This document shows positions 32,932 through 42,432 of a DNA stretch of 64,000 nt, in pieces; position 1 is the first letter of the stretch, and each line of letters opens with the position of its first letter. Source of the stretch: an uncultured Smithella sp. GTDB lineage: Bacteria; Desulfobacterota; Syntrophia; Syntrophales; Smithellaceae. Where the stretch lies: the NCBI GenBank assembly GCA_964469905.1, contig CAYXZW010000012.1, positions 2,060 to 66,059 on the forward strand, given 5' to 3'. Under the pieces are notes generated by a model. It was not told where the DNA came from. It searched no databases and saw only the letters and a list, made by a program, of their open reading frames with translations. The position numbers and the translations under genes are program-made.

Positions 32932-35076
32932 ATGCTACGAATTACTGATATTCTCGACAAAGCACAAACTTACCTGCCAGCCGAAGAATTAGGAATGATC
33001 GAGAAGGCATATATTTATTCGGCAACGGTACATCAGGGGCAGGTGAGACTTTCCGGAGAACCATACCTTACACATCCCATGGAAGTCGCGGGCATTCTTG
33101 CAGACATGAGGCTCGATGCGGCAACTGTCATCAGTGGTCTTTTGCACGATACGGTAGAAGACACATTAACGACTCAGGAACAAATAGAAGAAGAATTCGG
33201 AAAAGATGTTGCTTTTCTGGTCGGCGGCTTGACAAAGTTAAGTCGCATTTCTTTTGGTTCCCAGGAAGAGCGACTGGCCGAAAACTTCCGTAAAATGATC
33301 TTAGCCATGTCCGCGGATATCCGAATTCTCCTGGTGCGACTGGCCGACCGCATTCACAATATGCAGACATTGCAGTATCAGACTCCGGAGAGGCGGGCTT
33401 ATATCGCTAAAGAAACCATGGATATATACGCCCCGTTGGCTAATCGTCTGGGGATTAACTGGATGAAGATATTGCTGGAAGACCTCTCTTTTCGATTCTT
33501 GCATCCGGAAGAATATAATGAATTATCGCGGCGCGTTGTTAAGACCAAGGAATCGCGCGACAACTATACTGAAGAAGTGAAAAGTATTATTCGGCGTGAA
33601 TTGGAAAAATTTTCCATCGAAGGAGATGTTGAAGGGCGGGCCAAACATTTATACGGCATCTATAAAAAAATGCACAAACAAAATATCAATTTTGATGATG
33701 TCTATGATCTCATGGCTTTCCGTCTGATCCTGGATGCCGATAATATAAAATTATGTTATGAGGCGCTCAGTGCTGTTCATGCTTTATGGAAACCCGTCCC
33801 GGGCCGATTTAAAGATTTTATTGCCATGCCCAAAGCCAATAATTATCAATCTTTGCATACGACGGTAGTTGGTCCTTATGGAGAGCGGCTGGAGATCCAG
33901 ATAAGGACAAAAGCAATGCATGAATGGGCGGAGAAGGGAATTGCTGCCCACTGGAAATATAAAGAAGGACGAACATTTAAAAACGATGAAGACAGTCAAA
34001 TAAAGAAACTACGCGAAATGCTGGAATTTCAGCAGGAGATAAAAGATCCTAAAGAATTCATGTCTAATTTGAAGTTGGCGCTGTTTCCGGAGGAAGTTTA
34101 CGTCTTTACACCCAAAGGAGATGTCAAGGCTTTTCCCAAGGGCGCAACGCCGATTGATTTTGCTTACAGCATTCATACGGATGTGGGAAATAAATGCATT
34201 GGCGCCAAAGTTAACCGCAACATTGTTCCGCTCAAATATCAACTGCAAAATGGTGATCGTGTAGAGATCACAACGCAAGCCGGTCATCACCCCAGTAAGG
34301 ATTGGTTGAAATATGTTGTCACGACGAGAGCAATTTCCAAAATTAGAAATTGGATTAATCTGGAGGAAAAGAAGAGTTCTCTGGAATTAGGACGCGATTT
34401 ACTGGATAAAGAATTTAAACGGCATAATCTAAAATTAACTACCTATGTTAAATCGGAAGAAATTAAAAAAATATTTGTTGAACATGGCGTAAATTCTCTG
34501 GATGATTTGATATCACAGGTCGGTTATGGCCGAATTTCCCCCAAGCAAATTGTCAATCATTTCCTGGCAGAGGAAGTGGCAAAAATTCCGGTGTCGGAAC
34601 AGGAAAAAATTAAGACCAAGCCGGAATCAAAACCATCGATGGGCATATCATTAACAGGCATAGACAATGTGATGGTGAAGTTTGCCCGCTGCTGCAATCC
34701 TATTCCGGGTGATGAAATAGCAGGTTATATATCGCGGGGACGCGGTATGATGGTACATACTCGAAATTGTGATCATCTGAAAAATCTTGATCTGGACCGT
34801 ATTGTGGATGTTGACTGGAATGTCCGCGAGAAGCAGACTTATCCGGTGCAAATCAAAGTTGTTTGCGACGACCGCAAAGGTATTTTAACTGAAGTCAGTT
34901 CGATGATTTCCTCATTTGATGTAAATATCAGTTACGCCCAGGTAGAAACACATGATCTGATCGCTACCTGTAATTTTGTGATCGATGTAAATAATTTAAA
35001 GCAACTTAATCAAATTGTCCTGGCAATTAAGCAATTGAAAGCAGTCAAATCAATCGAGAGAATGCGCAAATCCTGA
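32932..35076 (+). CDS. rel: Bifunctional (p)ppGpp synthetase/hydrolase (RelA/SpoT homolog)
   Basis: HD hydrolase motif HDTVEDT, synthetase domain (YQSLHTTV), TGS domain (VFTPKGD), C-terminal ACT domain. Start set at ATG 32932; the listed start at 32896 is TTG. Confidence 0.93.
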   Translation: MLRITDILDKAQTYLPAEELGMIEKAYIYSATVHQGQVRLSGEPYLTHPMEVAGILADMRLDAATVISGLLHDTVEDTLTTQEQIEEEFGKDVAFLVGGLTKLSRISFGSQEERLAENFRKMILAMSADIRILLVRLADRIHNMQTLQYQTPERRAYIAKETMDIYAPLANRLGINWMKILLEDLSFRFLHPEEYNELSRRVVKTKESRDNYTEEVKSIIRRELEKFSIEGDVEGRAKHLYGIYKKMHKQNINFDDVYDLMAFRLILDADNIKLCYEALSAVHALWKPVPGRFKDFIAMPKANNYQSLHTTVVGPYGERLEIQIRTKAMHEWAEKGIAAHWKYKEGRTFKNDEDSQIKKLREMLEFQQEIKDPKEFMSNLKLALFPEEVYVFTPKGDVKAFPKGATPIDFAYSIHTDVGNKCIGAKVNRNIVPLKYQLQNGDRVEITTQAGHHPSKDWLKYVVTTRAISKIRNWINLEEKKSSLELGRDLLDKEFKRHNLKLTTYVKSEEIKKIFVEHGVNSLDDLISQVGYGRISPKQIVNHFLAEEVAKIPVSEQEKIKTKPESKPSMGISLTGIDNVMVKFARCCNPIPGDEIAGYISRGRGMMVHTRNCDHLKNLDLDRIVDVDWNVREKQTYPVQIKVVCDDRKGILTEVSSMISSFDVNISYAQVETHDLIATCNFVIDVNNLKQLNQIVLAIKQLKAVKSIERMRKS

Positions 35077-35130
35077 AAATTAATGATTATAATTATTTGG
35101 ATGTTGACAAACATAGACGGTTTGCTGTAA

Positions 35131-35148
35131 GCCGTTTAGCGAAATAAC
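35131..35148 (+). repeat. Copy 4 of short intergenic motif (GCCGTTTAGCGAAATAAC)
   Basis: Lies in the 187-nt rel-amidase spacer. Confidence 0.3.
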
Positions 35149-35178
35149 GCGGTAAAATAAATGCTGAGAGCGGCATAA

Positions 35179-35231
35179 GGAGCCGTAACGAAATGGGTAA
35201 AGATGTAATGGTTTTTCCCCCTAACGGCTCC
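35179..35231 (+). repeat. Copy 5 of the motif (GGAGCCGTAACGAAATGG), forming the 5' arm of a hairpin
   Basis: GGAGCCGT (35179-35186) pairs with ACGGCTCC (35224-35231) across a 37-nt loop. Confidence 0.3.
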
Positions 35232-35263
35232 TAAGCTAGCGCAAAATAAAATCAGGTGAAATA

Positions 35264-35956
35264 ATGTTCCGTAAAACAAGAAAACTAATACTCATTTCGG
35301 GATTACTGCTGCTTTTTGTCATTTTCTGTGGAGTGTCGAATTTATCGGCTGCCGAAAAGAAGCATCGCGTGTTGATCGATCCGGCCCACGGCGGCCCGGA
35401 TGCCGGTGTAAAAATTACGGATAAAGTTGGAGAAAAAGACATTACTCTGGCTATCGCTCTGGCCGTACAAAAAGAAATGGCCAAAGATAGTAATCTGGAA
35501 GTTGTTTTAACGCGCGATGCTGATAAAGAAATAAATGTTGAAGAGCGCCGAAAAAATATGGCTAAAATCAAGCCGGATTTATTTTTGAGTCTGCACATTA
35601 ATGCCGGTTTTGGCAAGAGTGCAATTGGGTTCGAAATTTATTATCCTGGTTTTAAAGATACAACTGATCAGAAAAAGCAGGTCAAAGATGGGCAGAAGGA
35701 TGCAAAAAACAAATATCTCAACGACTCTGTAAGGCTTGCTCAAATTATCCAGAAAAATCTGGATACGTTGTTTCCACGGAAAGGACGGGGCCTGAGGGAA
35801 GCAGAAACTCCTATTCTGGAAGGAATAAATATTCCGGCTGTAGTTGTGGAGATTGGCTTTGGCACGAACCCCGAAGACAGAAAGAAGCTGCTTTCCTTAA
35901 CCGGTCAAGCCGAAATTGCCAAAACTCTGGCCAGGAGCATTAAATCATTTTATTAG
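35264..35956 (+). CDS. N-acetylmuramoyl-L-alanine amidase (Amidase_3 family), exported
   Basis: N-terminal signal peptide, Zn-site blocks [12 protein letters not shown] and SLHINA, VVEIGF. Confidence 0.85.
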   Translation: MFRKTRKLILISGLLLLFVIFCGVSNLSAAEKKHRVLIDPAHGGPDAGVKITDKVGEKDITLAIALAVQKEMAKDSNLEVVLTRDADKEINVEERRKNMAKIKPDLFLSLHINAGFGKSAIGFEIYYPGFKDTTDQKKQVKDGQKDAKNKYLNDSVRLAQIIQKNLDTLFPRKGRGLREAETPILEGINIPAVVVEIGFGTNPEDRKKLLSLTGQAEIAKTLARSIKSFY

Positions 35957-35964
35957 GTAATGCA

Positions 35965-36693
35965 GTGTTTAAAAGAAATCTGAATCGAGCGTGGGATGAG
36001 CTAAGACCCATCAAATTCACCAATAACTATTTGAACAATACGGCTTCCGTTCTTGTTGAATTTGGCAATACGAAAGTTATTTGCACGGCAGCGCTCGATG
36101 ATAAGACAGCACCATTTTTAAGAAATACTGGTAAAGGCTGGCTAACCGCCGAATATTCCATGCTGCCGATGGCCACACAGACAAGAACAGCACGGGAAGT
36201 TGTACGCGGCCGCCAGGGTGGACGTACACACGAAATCCAACGGTTGATTGGAAGATCTCTCCGGTCGGTGACTGATTTAACTGCCTTTGGCGAAAAAACG
36301 ATCTATATCGATTGCGATGTAATTCAAGCTGACGGGGGAACAAGGACAGCATCAATTACCGGAGCTTTTGTGGCACTTGTGGATTTATTTCAAAAGATGA
36401 AACAAGATGGCATCGTAAAAAATATTCCCATAAGCGATTATGTATCGGCAATAAGCGTAGGCATTGTTGATAATCAAGTTATAATTGATCTGGAATATGA
36501 GGAAGATTCCAGGGCGCAGGTCGATATGAATTTCGTGATGACCGGTTCGGGCCTCTTTATCGAAGTTCAAGGCACAGCCGAGCATTTGCCGTTCAATAAA
36601 GAGCAGTTAGATAAAATGACCGAATTGGCTGCCAGTGGTATTAAAAAAATAACCGCCCAACAAAAAGAGATCACAGGAAATTGGCGGTCATGA
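35965..36693 (+). CDS. rph: Ribonuclease PH
   Basis: [55 protein letters not shown] start. Confidence 0.95.
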   Translation: MFKRNLNRAWDELRPIKFTNNYLNNTASVLVEFGNTKVICTAALDDKTAPFLRNTGKGWLTAEYSMLPMATQTRTAREVVRGRQGGRTHEIQRLIGRSLRSVTDLTAFGEKTIYIDCDVIQADGGTRTASITGAFVALVDLFQKMKQDGIVKNIPISDYVSAISVGIVDNQVIIDLEYEEDSRAQVDMNFVMTGSGLFIEVQGTAEHLPFNKEQLDKMTELAASGIKKITAQQKEITGNWRS

Positions 36694-37280
36694 AAATTGT
36701 TTTTGCATCCGGAAATGAGGGGAAAGTAAAAGAAGTCAAGTCAATGCTGGCGGAAATGAAGATTGAAATGATTTCTTTAAACGCCTATTCTAATATTCCG
36801 GAAATTGTCGAAGACGGTCAGACGTTTCTGGAAAATGCATTGAAGAAAGCCAGAATTACTTCCGAATTTACCGGGGAGAACGTGTTGGCTGATGACTCCG
36901 GTTTAATAGTAGATGTTTTAGAAGGAGAGCCGGGTATCTATTCGGCGCGATATGCCGGTCCCAATGCAACAGACGAAGAAAATAATGCCAAGCTTCTGGC
37001 TAAACTAAAAAATATACCCCAGGATCAACGAACCGCCTACTTTCAATGTGTTTTAGTTCTTTATCGAAAAGACGGAACTTTCGACTCTTTCGAGGGTAAA
37101 TGGCAGGGGCAGATTATAGATGAGCGACGTGGTTCAAATGGTTTTGGTTATGATCCGATTTTCTGGATTCCGGAACTGAAAATGACCGCCGCGGAATTAC
37201 CGTCTGATATTAAGAATAATGCAAGTCATCGCGGGCAGGCATTCGCCAAATTTAGAAGCAGTCTGCTCACAAAATTGTAA
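36690..37280 (+). CDS. rdgB: dITP/XTP pyrophosphatase (RdgB/HAM1)
   Basis: [40 protein letters not shown]. The ATG overlaps the rph stop (ATGA). Confidence 0.93.
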   Translation: MKIVFASGNEGKVKEVKSMLAEMKIEMISLNAYSNIPEIVEDGQTFLENALKKARITSEFTGENVLADDSGLIVDVLEGEPGIYSARYAGPNATDEENNAKLLAKLKNIPQDQRTAYFQCVLVLYRKDGTFDSFEGKWQGQIIDERRGSNGFGYDPIFWIPELKMTAAELPSDIKNNASHRGQAFAKFRSSLLTKL

Positions 37281-37292
37281 TAATATTTAAAA

Positions 37293-37369
37293 CGGGGCGT
37301 AGCGCAGCCTGGTAGCGCGCTTGCTTTGGGAGCAAGATGTCGAGTGTTCGAATCACTCCGCCCCGACCA
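37293..37369 (+). tRNA. tRNA-Pro (anticodon UGG)
   Basis: Manual cloverleaf: CGGGGCG/TA/GCGC/AGCCTGGTA/GCGC/G/CTTGC/TTTGGGA/GCAAG/ATGTC/GAGTG/TTCGAAT/CACTC/CGCCCCG/A/CCA. All stems are Watson-Crick, C1-G72 is typical of tRNA-Pro, and CCA is encoded. Confidence 0.93.
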
Positions 37370-37377
37370 GTAAAATC

Positions 37378-37416
37378 AAGGAGTTAACCGTTTTCGGTTA
37401 GCTCCTTTTCTTTTTG
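37378..37416 (+). terminator. Rho-independent terminator after tRNA-Pro
   Basis: 13-bp stem AAGGAGTTAACCG (37378-37390) / CGGTTAGCTCCTT (37395-37407) with one G-U pair, TTTT loop, then TTCTTTTTG. Confidence 0.9.
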
Positions 37417-37669
37417 CTGTGCGGATTCTCTGTGTGGATATTCATTTTTTTGTGTATAATTACCCTCAATTTCGATTATTGCAACTAGAAGGGATTCATG
37501 TATCAAATTAAGAAATTGCCGTAGTTTTCTAGTCCAAACGATCATAATAATATTTTTTTGCAAAGTCTTTAAAAAATAATATGAAGAATAAATGGTAACA
37601 GTATGTAATTGTTATAGTAACTAAAATAGTGATTGACAATCTTCAAATGATGATTTACTGGCAGCACCA

Positions 37670-37800
37670 CAATGTTTAATCCTGATCTTCAGGAGCGGAG
37701 GAACCATTTTTTTGGGGCGTATCGCGATACCGCGTAGGGTAACCTCATTCGGCCCGAGCCCTTCAGCTAACTTCGTAGACATCGATGAGGAGAACCGACC
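37670..37800 (+). promoter_or_regulatory. c-di-AMP riboswitch (ydaO/kimA class) in the kup leader
   Basis: Contains GGAGCGGAGGAACCA, GGGGCGTATC, and CCCGAGCCCTTCAGCTAACTTCGTAGAC...GAGGAGA. These match the two conserved halves of the ydaO motif as I recall it from B. subtilis. Located 50-180 nt upstream of a K+ transporter ATG. Confidence 0.75.
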
Positions 37801-37852
37801 CGAGCGATTCGGGAGGATCATCCTCCTATAATCATGCTTCGGAGGTTTTTTT

Positions 37853-39787
37853 ATGTCCTCTTTTTTTAGTCGTGTCCACGACCAGTCAACCCCTTCCGGA
37901 AAAACATTATTTTCTCGATTGTTTGATAAAAAGCTATTCATACTTGCCTTTGGATCAATCGGTGTTGTATTTGGCGATGTAGGAACCAGTCCACTTTACG
38001 CTATTAAGGAATGTTTTCATGGAAAACATGCCATTATTCCCGATCCTGCCAATATTTTTGGGGTCTTGTCCCTCGTCTTTTGGTCATTGATGATTGTGGT
38101 CAGTATCAAGTATGTCAGTTTTATCCTGCGTGCTGACAGTCGAGGTGAAGGCGGCATCTTTGCTCTTCTAAGTCTTCTGACCGCTTCCGAAAAGACGATT
38201 TCTGTCAGGCTCAGGGCAATACTAATGTTTGCCGGCATCCTTGGAGCCGGACTCCTTTATGGTGACGGTATCATAACACCGGCCATATCAGTTCTCTCGG
38301 CTATCGAAGGGCTGGAAGTTGCCACAAAGGGCGCCACACCATTTGTGATGCCATTGACTTGTGTTGTCCTCATTGCCCTATTCTTATTGCAGCATCGGGG
38401 TACAAAGAATATAGGTAGGTTATTCGGTCCGGTTATGGTTATTTGGTTTATCTCCATCGCCGGTTTTGGTCTGATCCAGATACTGAGGGAACCACGGATT
38501 TTGCTTGCCGTAAATCCATTTTATGCCTTCGATTTTTTTATGCTCAACAGCACCCATGGTATTGTCATTTTCGGGTCAGTCGTTCTGTGCATCACGGGTT
38601 GCGAAGCCCTTTATGCCGATCTAGGACATTTCGGGAAAAACGCCATCCGCCTTTCCTGGCTCGGCTTTGCCTGCCCGGCCCTGTTGTGCAATTATTTCGG
38701 GCAGGGTGCTCTCCTTCTGGGACACCCGGAGATGAATGTCAATCCCTTCTATGGAATTGTTCCCAGTGTTCTTCTCTACCCAATGGTTGGTTTGTCCACT
38801 GCCGCCACTGTGATCGCCTCTCAGGCTTTGATCTCCGGGGCTTTTTCCCTCACGCAACAGGCCGTGCAGTTAGGTCTTTGCCCTCGGATTCATATTGTCC
38901 ATACGTCCAGTGATATGCAGGGCCAGATATATATCCCTTTTGTTAATTATGCGCTTATGGTCGCCTGCCTCGGAGTGGTTATCGGTTTTAAGGAATCGAG
39001 TGGACTGGCCGGGGCGTACGGCATTGCCGTCACCGGAACCATGATCATCACATCTTTTCTCTATTTTCTGGTGTTGACCCATCGATGGAAGTGGTCACTT
39101 TGGAAGGCCGTGCTCTTAGTTGGAATATTTATTGTGTTTGATGTTGCCTATATCAGCGGTAATCTCTTCAAAATCGCCGATGGCGGTTGGTTCCCTCTTT
39201 TTGTCGCGGCAATTGTGGCTGTTGCTATGACGACCTGGAGAAAAGGCCGGGCGGAACTGGCCCGTAAGTTGGTAGGGGGGAGATTCCCTATAGACAGTTT
39301 CCTGGCCGGCATATCCAAACGCAAACTGCCGAGAGTGCCCGGGACTGCCGTATTCATGACATATTCTCCAGAAGGAACACCGCCCAGCCTCCTTCATCAT
39401 GTGAAGCACAATCATATTCTTCATGAGCAAGTCGTACTTCTTTCCATCCGCTCTACAGATTTGCCCAATGTTCCAGCAGAAGAACGAATCAGACTTCACG
39501 ATTTGGGGCAGGGTTTCTATCGCGTTATTGCTTCGTACGGTTATATGCAAACACCTAATGTGCCCCGGATCATGCAGGATGCCTCCCAATACGGCCTAGT
39601 CACTGAACCTATGACGACAACCTTCTACCTTGGCAGAGAAACCCTCCTCACGAGTGGCAAGTCGAAAATGATGCGCTGGCGCAAGGCGATATTTACCTTT
39701 ATGTCGAGAAATGCTGGTAATCCTACCGTCTATTTCGGTATCCCGGCCAACAGGGTTGTTGAACTAGGCACACAAATAGAACTTTGA
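37853..39787 (+). CDS. kup: KUP/HAK/KT-family potassium uptake protein
   Basis: 644 aa. GVVFGDVGTSPLY, GGIFALLSL, ITGCEALYADLGHFG, and 12 TM segments plus a cytoplasmic C-domain. GGAGG lies 7 nt upstream of the ATG. Confidence 0.95.
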   Translation: MSSFFSRVHDQSTPSGKTLFSRLFDKKLFILAFGSIGVVFGDVGTSPLYAIKECFHGKHAIIPDPANIFGVLSLVFWSLMIVVSIKYVSFILRADSRGEGGIFALLSLLTASEKTISVRLRAILMFAGILGAGLLYGDGIITPAISVLSAIEGLEVATKGATPFVMPLTCVVLIALFLLQHRGTKNIGRLFGPVMVIWFISIAGFGLIQILREPRILLAVNPFYAFDFFMLNSTHGIVIFGSVVLCITGCEALYADLGHFGKNAIRLSWLGFACPALLCNYFGQGALLLGHPEMNVNPFYGIVPSVLLYPMVGLSTAATVIASQALISGAFSLTQQAVQLGLCPRIHIVHTSSDMQGQIYIPFVNYALMVACLGVVIGFKESSGLAGAYGIAVTGTMIITSFLYFLVLTHRWKWSLWKAVLLVGIFIVFDVAYISGNLFKIADGGWFPLFVAAIVAVAMTTWRKGRAELARKLVGGRFPIDSFLAGISKRKLPRVPGTAVFMTYSPEGTPPSLLHHVKHNHILHEQVVLLSIRSTDLPNVPAEERIRLHDLGQGFYRVIASYGYMQTPNVPRIMQDASQYGLVTEPMTTTFYLGRETLLTSGKSKMMRWRKAIFTFMSRNAGNPTVYFGIPANRVVELGTQIEL

Positions 39788-39882
39788 TTTGAATAGGATC
39801 TGTCGATTTTCCTTGGATTGAAGTCTCATCCAGCGGGCGCGCTTATATTGGAGAAGATATTTAGAGCAGTTCCAAATTATTG

Positions 39883-40818
39883 TTATTTGTTTGTTGAAAT
39901 TGTGCAATGCAGCTCACGGGGTTTTAACATCGCGTAGGCAAAGCTTAGAACGGGCGTCGGAACATTGTATTTTATGCCCAGGCGCACTGCGACGCCGATC
40001 ATTGATTCCAGTTCGGAAGGCCTGCCTGATTCCACATCGCGTTGCATTGATGGCTTTATGCCCGGTTCTCCGCTGTCAATAAAGGCCAGTGTTTTGTCGG
40101 ACACATCAGTGTCCAGTGCTACACCGCTGGCCTTGGCTAAAGCGGCCACCTCATTGATGGCTTCGGCTAAAACAGCGCGTGCTTCCGGTACGTGACGGTA
40201 ACCTCCAAAAGTCATCCGCGTCAGGCTTCCCATGAGCATCACCGGTGCGATAAATACGAATTTTGTCCAGAGCACTTTCCGGATATTTTCCGACATTTCC
40301 ATGGTGAATCCGGCAGCATTAAATGCGTCATAAATAGCCTGGAGACGCGACGTCTTTTGGCCATTGAACTCACCTAAAGCAATGCGGCGAAATTGACTGT
40401 ATTGGCCGATCACTCCCGGCGCCTCCAGCGCCACAGAGCACCAGGTCGCTCCACCCAGCATATGCTCCATACCCACTACTGCGCCGATGCGGTCTGCCGA
40501 ATCTATGCCGTTCTGGAAAGAAATAACCACAGTATTTGGGCCTATCATAGGTTTGATCAAGACCGCTGCTTCATCTGTCTGATACGTCTTGGTTGCAAAA
40601 ATAATGACGTCGGCAATTCCCGCATCCGACGGATTAGCGGTTGCTTGGGCCGGAAAAACGTTGAAATCGCCATGGACACTTTTAATAATCAGGCCCTTCT
40701 CACAAATAGCCTGAAGATGCGCCCCGCGGGCTATGAATGTCACATCATGACCGCTCCGGGAAAGCAGGCCGCCATAATAGCCGCCGATGCCTCCTGTACC
40801 CATAATGGCAAACTTCAT
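39883..40818 (-). CDS. panE: 2-dehydropantoate 2-reductase (ketopantoate reductase)
   Basis: MKFAIMGTGGIGGYYGGLL...GH.V.FIARG Rossmann N-terminus, and the ApbA C-domain with S.QRD...GR.SE. Confidence 0.88.
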   Translation of the reverse strand: MKFAIMGTGGIGGYYGGLLSRSGHDVTFIARGAHLQAICEKGLIIKSVHGDFNVFPAQATANPSDAGIADVIIFATKTYQTDEAAVLIKPMIGPNTVVISFQNGIDSADRIGAVVGMEHMLGGATWCSVALEAPGVIGQYSQFRRIALGEFNGQKTSRLQAIYDAFNAAGFTMEMSENIRKVLWTKFVFIAPVMLMGSLTRMTFGGYRHVPEARAVLAEAINEVAALAKASGVALDTDVSDKTLAFIDSGEPGIKPSMQRDVESGRPSELESMIGVAVRLGIKYNVPTPVLSFAYAMLKPRELHCTISTNK

Positions 40819-41104
40819 ATGTGTGTCCCCCTTTTACTTTTATTTAAGTTAAGGTTTAATTCCATCGGGTTCGATCTTTCGAGCAGGTTAAACATAGGGA
40901 AGTTCCGATTGTCTGTCAATATATTTTCACTTTCGTCACTTCCAAGAAATATTCTCAGGCAGTGCTTGACCAATGGGGCTGGTTTCTGGCAATATAAATC
41001 GAATTACAGGAAATGCCCCTCTCTAGAGCACGTTAAGGGTAGTAGATTCCTCAATACATTTTTTTTGTTCCACATAAAATATAAACAATGCGGAGGGATA
41101 GTTT

Positions 41105-42265
41105 ATGCAGAATTTTATTTTTGAAAATCCTACAAAAATCATTTTTGGAAGGGGACAGATAAGCAAGATAGGAAAAGAAATATCCCGTTTTGGCCGTAAA
41201 GTATTACTTGTCTATGGCCGCGAGAGCATTAAGAAGAACGGAATTTATGATCAGGTAATGTCCTCTTTGCGGGAAAACAATATGTCAATTATAGAATTTC
41301 CCGGTGTTAAGTCCAACCCGATGCTGGCCCATGTCCGGAAGGGAATTGATCTGGCGCGCGAGGCGCAGGTGGATGTTGTTCTGGCTGTGGGCGGCGGCAG
41401 TGTGATTGATACTGCCAAAACCATTGCCGCGGGCGTGCAGGCCGATCATGATGTCTGGGATTTCTTTACATATAAAAAACCGGTTCTCGGTGCTCTGCCG
41501 TTATTGACTGTGCTGACTCTAGCTGCCAGCGCCTCCGAGATGAATTCAGCTGCCGTGATCACCCGCGAGGAAGGCTTGCAGAAATTCAGCTTTCGCTCAC
41601 CGCATATTCAGCCGCGTGTTTCCATACTCGATCCCACGGCGCTTTTCAGTCTGCAGGCTACCTACAGCGCCTATAGCGGAGTTGACGCAATATCTCACCT
41701 GCTGGAAGCATATTTCAATAATGAGGAGACCGACAGCCCCTTGCAGGATAGGTTAGTGGAATGTTTTTTGCGAACGATCATGGAAAGCACGAATATTATT
41801 CTTCGGGAACCGGCGAACTATAATGCCCGCGCCAATATGATGTGGGCGACAACCTGGGCATTCAACGGATTGCCGGCGGCGGGCCTCGGCAGGGTGACTC
41901 TCCCTGTGCATATGATCGAGCATTCGCTCAGCGCCATCTATGACATTCCTCATGGTGCGGGACTCGCTGTAATTCTGCCCGGCTGGATGCGTTATACAAT
42001 AAATAAAAATCAACGGAAAATGGCTCAATTGGCGCGGGCAATATTCCAGATAGAAGGCAGCGATGATAAGGCGTCGGTGGAATGTACTGGCAGGCTGAAG
42101 GATTGGTTTGCCGCCATCGGTTGCCCCACGTCTTTGCAGGAGGCGGGAATTCCCGAAAGTGATATTAATAAAATTGCGGAAAATGCATTTGTTTTGGCTC
42201 AGACCTGGCAGCTGCCGGATTATACCAAAGAAGTGATTGTCGATATTTTACGGCAGTGCCGGTAA
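41105..42265 (+). CDS. Iron-containing (group III) alcohol dehydrogenase, YqhD/butanol-DH-like
   Basis: F.NPTKIIFG.G, AVGGGSVIDTAK, and metal-binding histidines in DAISHLLE and HSLSAIYDIPHGAGLA. Confidence 0.9.
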   Translation: MQNFIFENPTKIIFGRGQISKIGKEISRFGRKVLLVYGRESIKKNGIYDQVMSSLRENNMSIIEFPGVKSNPMLAHVRKGIDLAREAQVDVVLAVGGGSVIDTAKTIAAGVQADHDVWDFFTYKKPVLGALPLLTVLTLAASASEMNSAAVITREEGLQKFSFRSPHIQPRVSILDPTALFSLQATYSAYSGVDAISHLLEAYFNNEETDSPLQDRLVECFLRTIMESTNIILREPANYNARANMMWATTWAFNGLPAAGLGRVTLPVHMIEHSLSAIYDIPHGAGLAVILPGWMRYTINKNQRKMAQLARAIFQIEGSDDKASVECTGRLKDWFAAIGCPTSLQEAGIPESDINKIAENAFVLAQTWQLPDYTKEVIVDILRQCR

Positions 42266-42340
42266 ATGTTCCATAAAAATTGCTTAATTGCCGAAAAAGA
42301 TATGTCTCCAAAGCTCGCCTTGTGGCAATATCTGTGGTTA

Positions 42341-42380
42341 AAAAAAGAGGGGCAACTCTTTTTAGCTGCCCCCTCTTTTT
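42341..42380. terminator. Bidirectional terminator between convergent adh and cstA
   Basis: GAGGGGCA / TGCCCCCTC stem with a one-nt bulge, flanked by AAAAAA (42341-42346) and TTTTT (42376-42380). Confidence 0.8.
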
Positions 42381-42432
42381 AAATAAATGAACTTGATAGA
42401 TGTTATCTGCTGTGCAACGGATAACATCCTGC

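Noticed and set aside
37633-37661. TTGACA (37633-37638) as the -35 element of the riboswitch/kup promoter
   Set aside because: At 17-nt spacing the -10 hexamer is TACTGG, a poor match. I could not find a convincing -10 element, so no promoter is reported.
40393-41124. 243-aa plus-strand ORF
   Set aside because: It lies entirely antisense to the well-supported panE gene and then runs through the promoter region. The translation is low-complexity (Arg/Cys/His-rich) with no motif. It is a typical spurious open frame opposite a G+C-richer gene.
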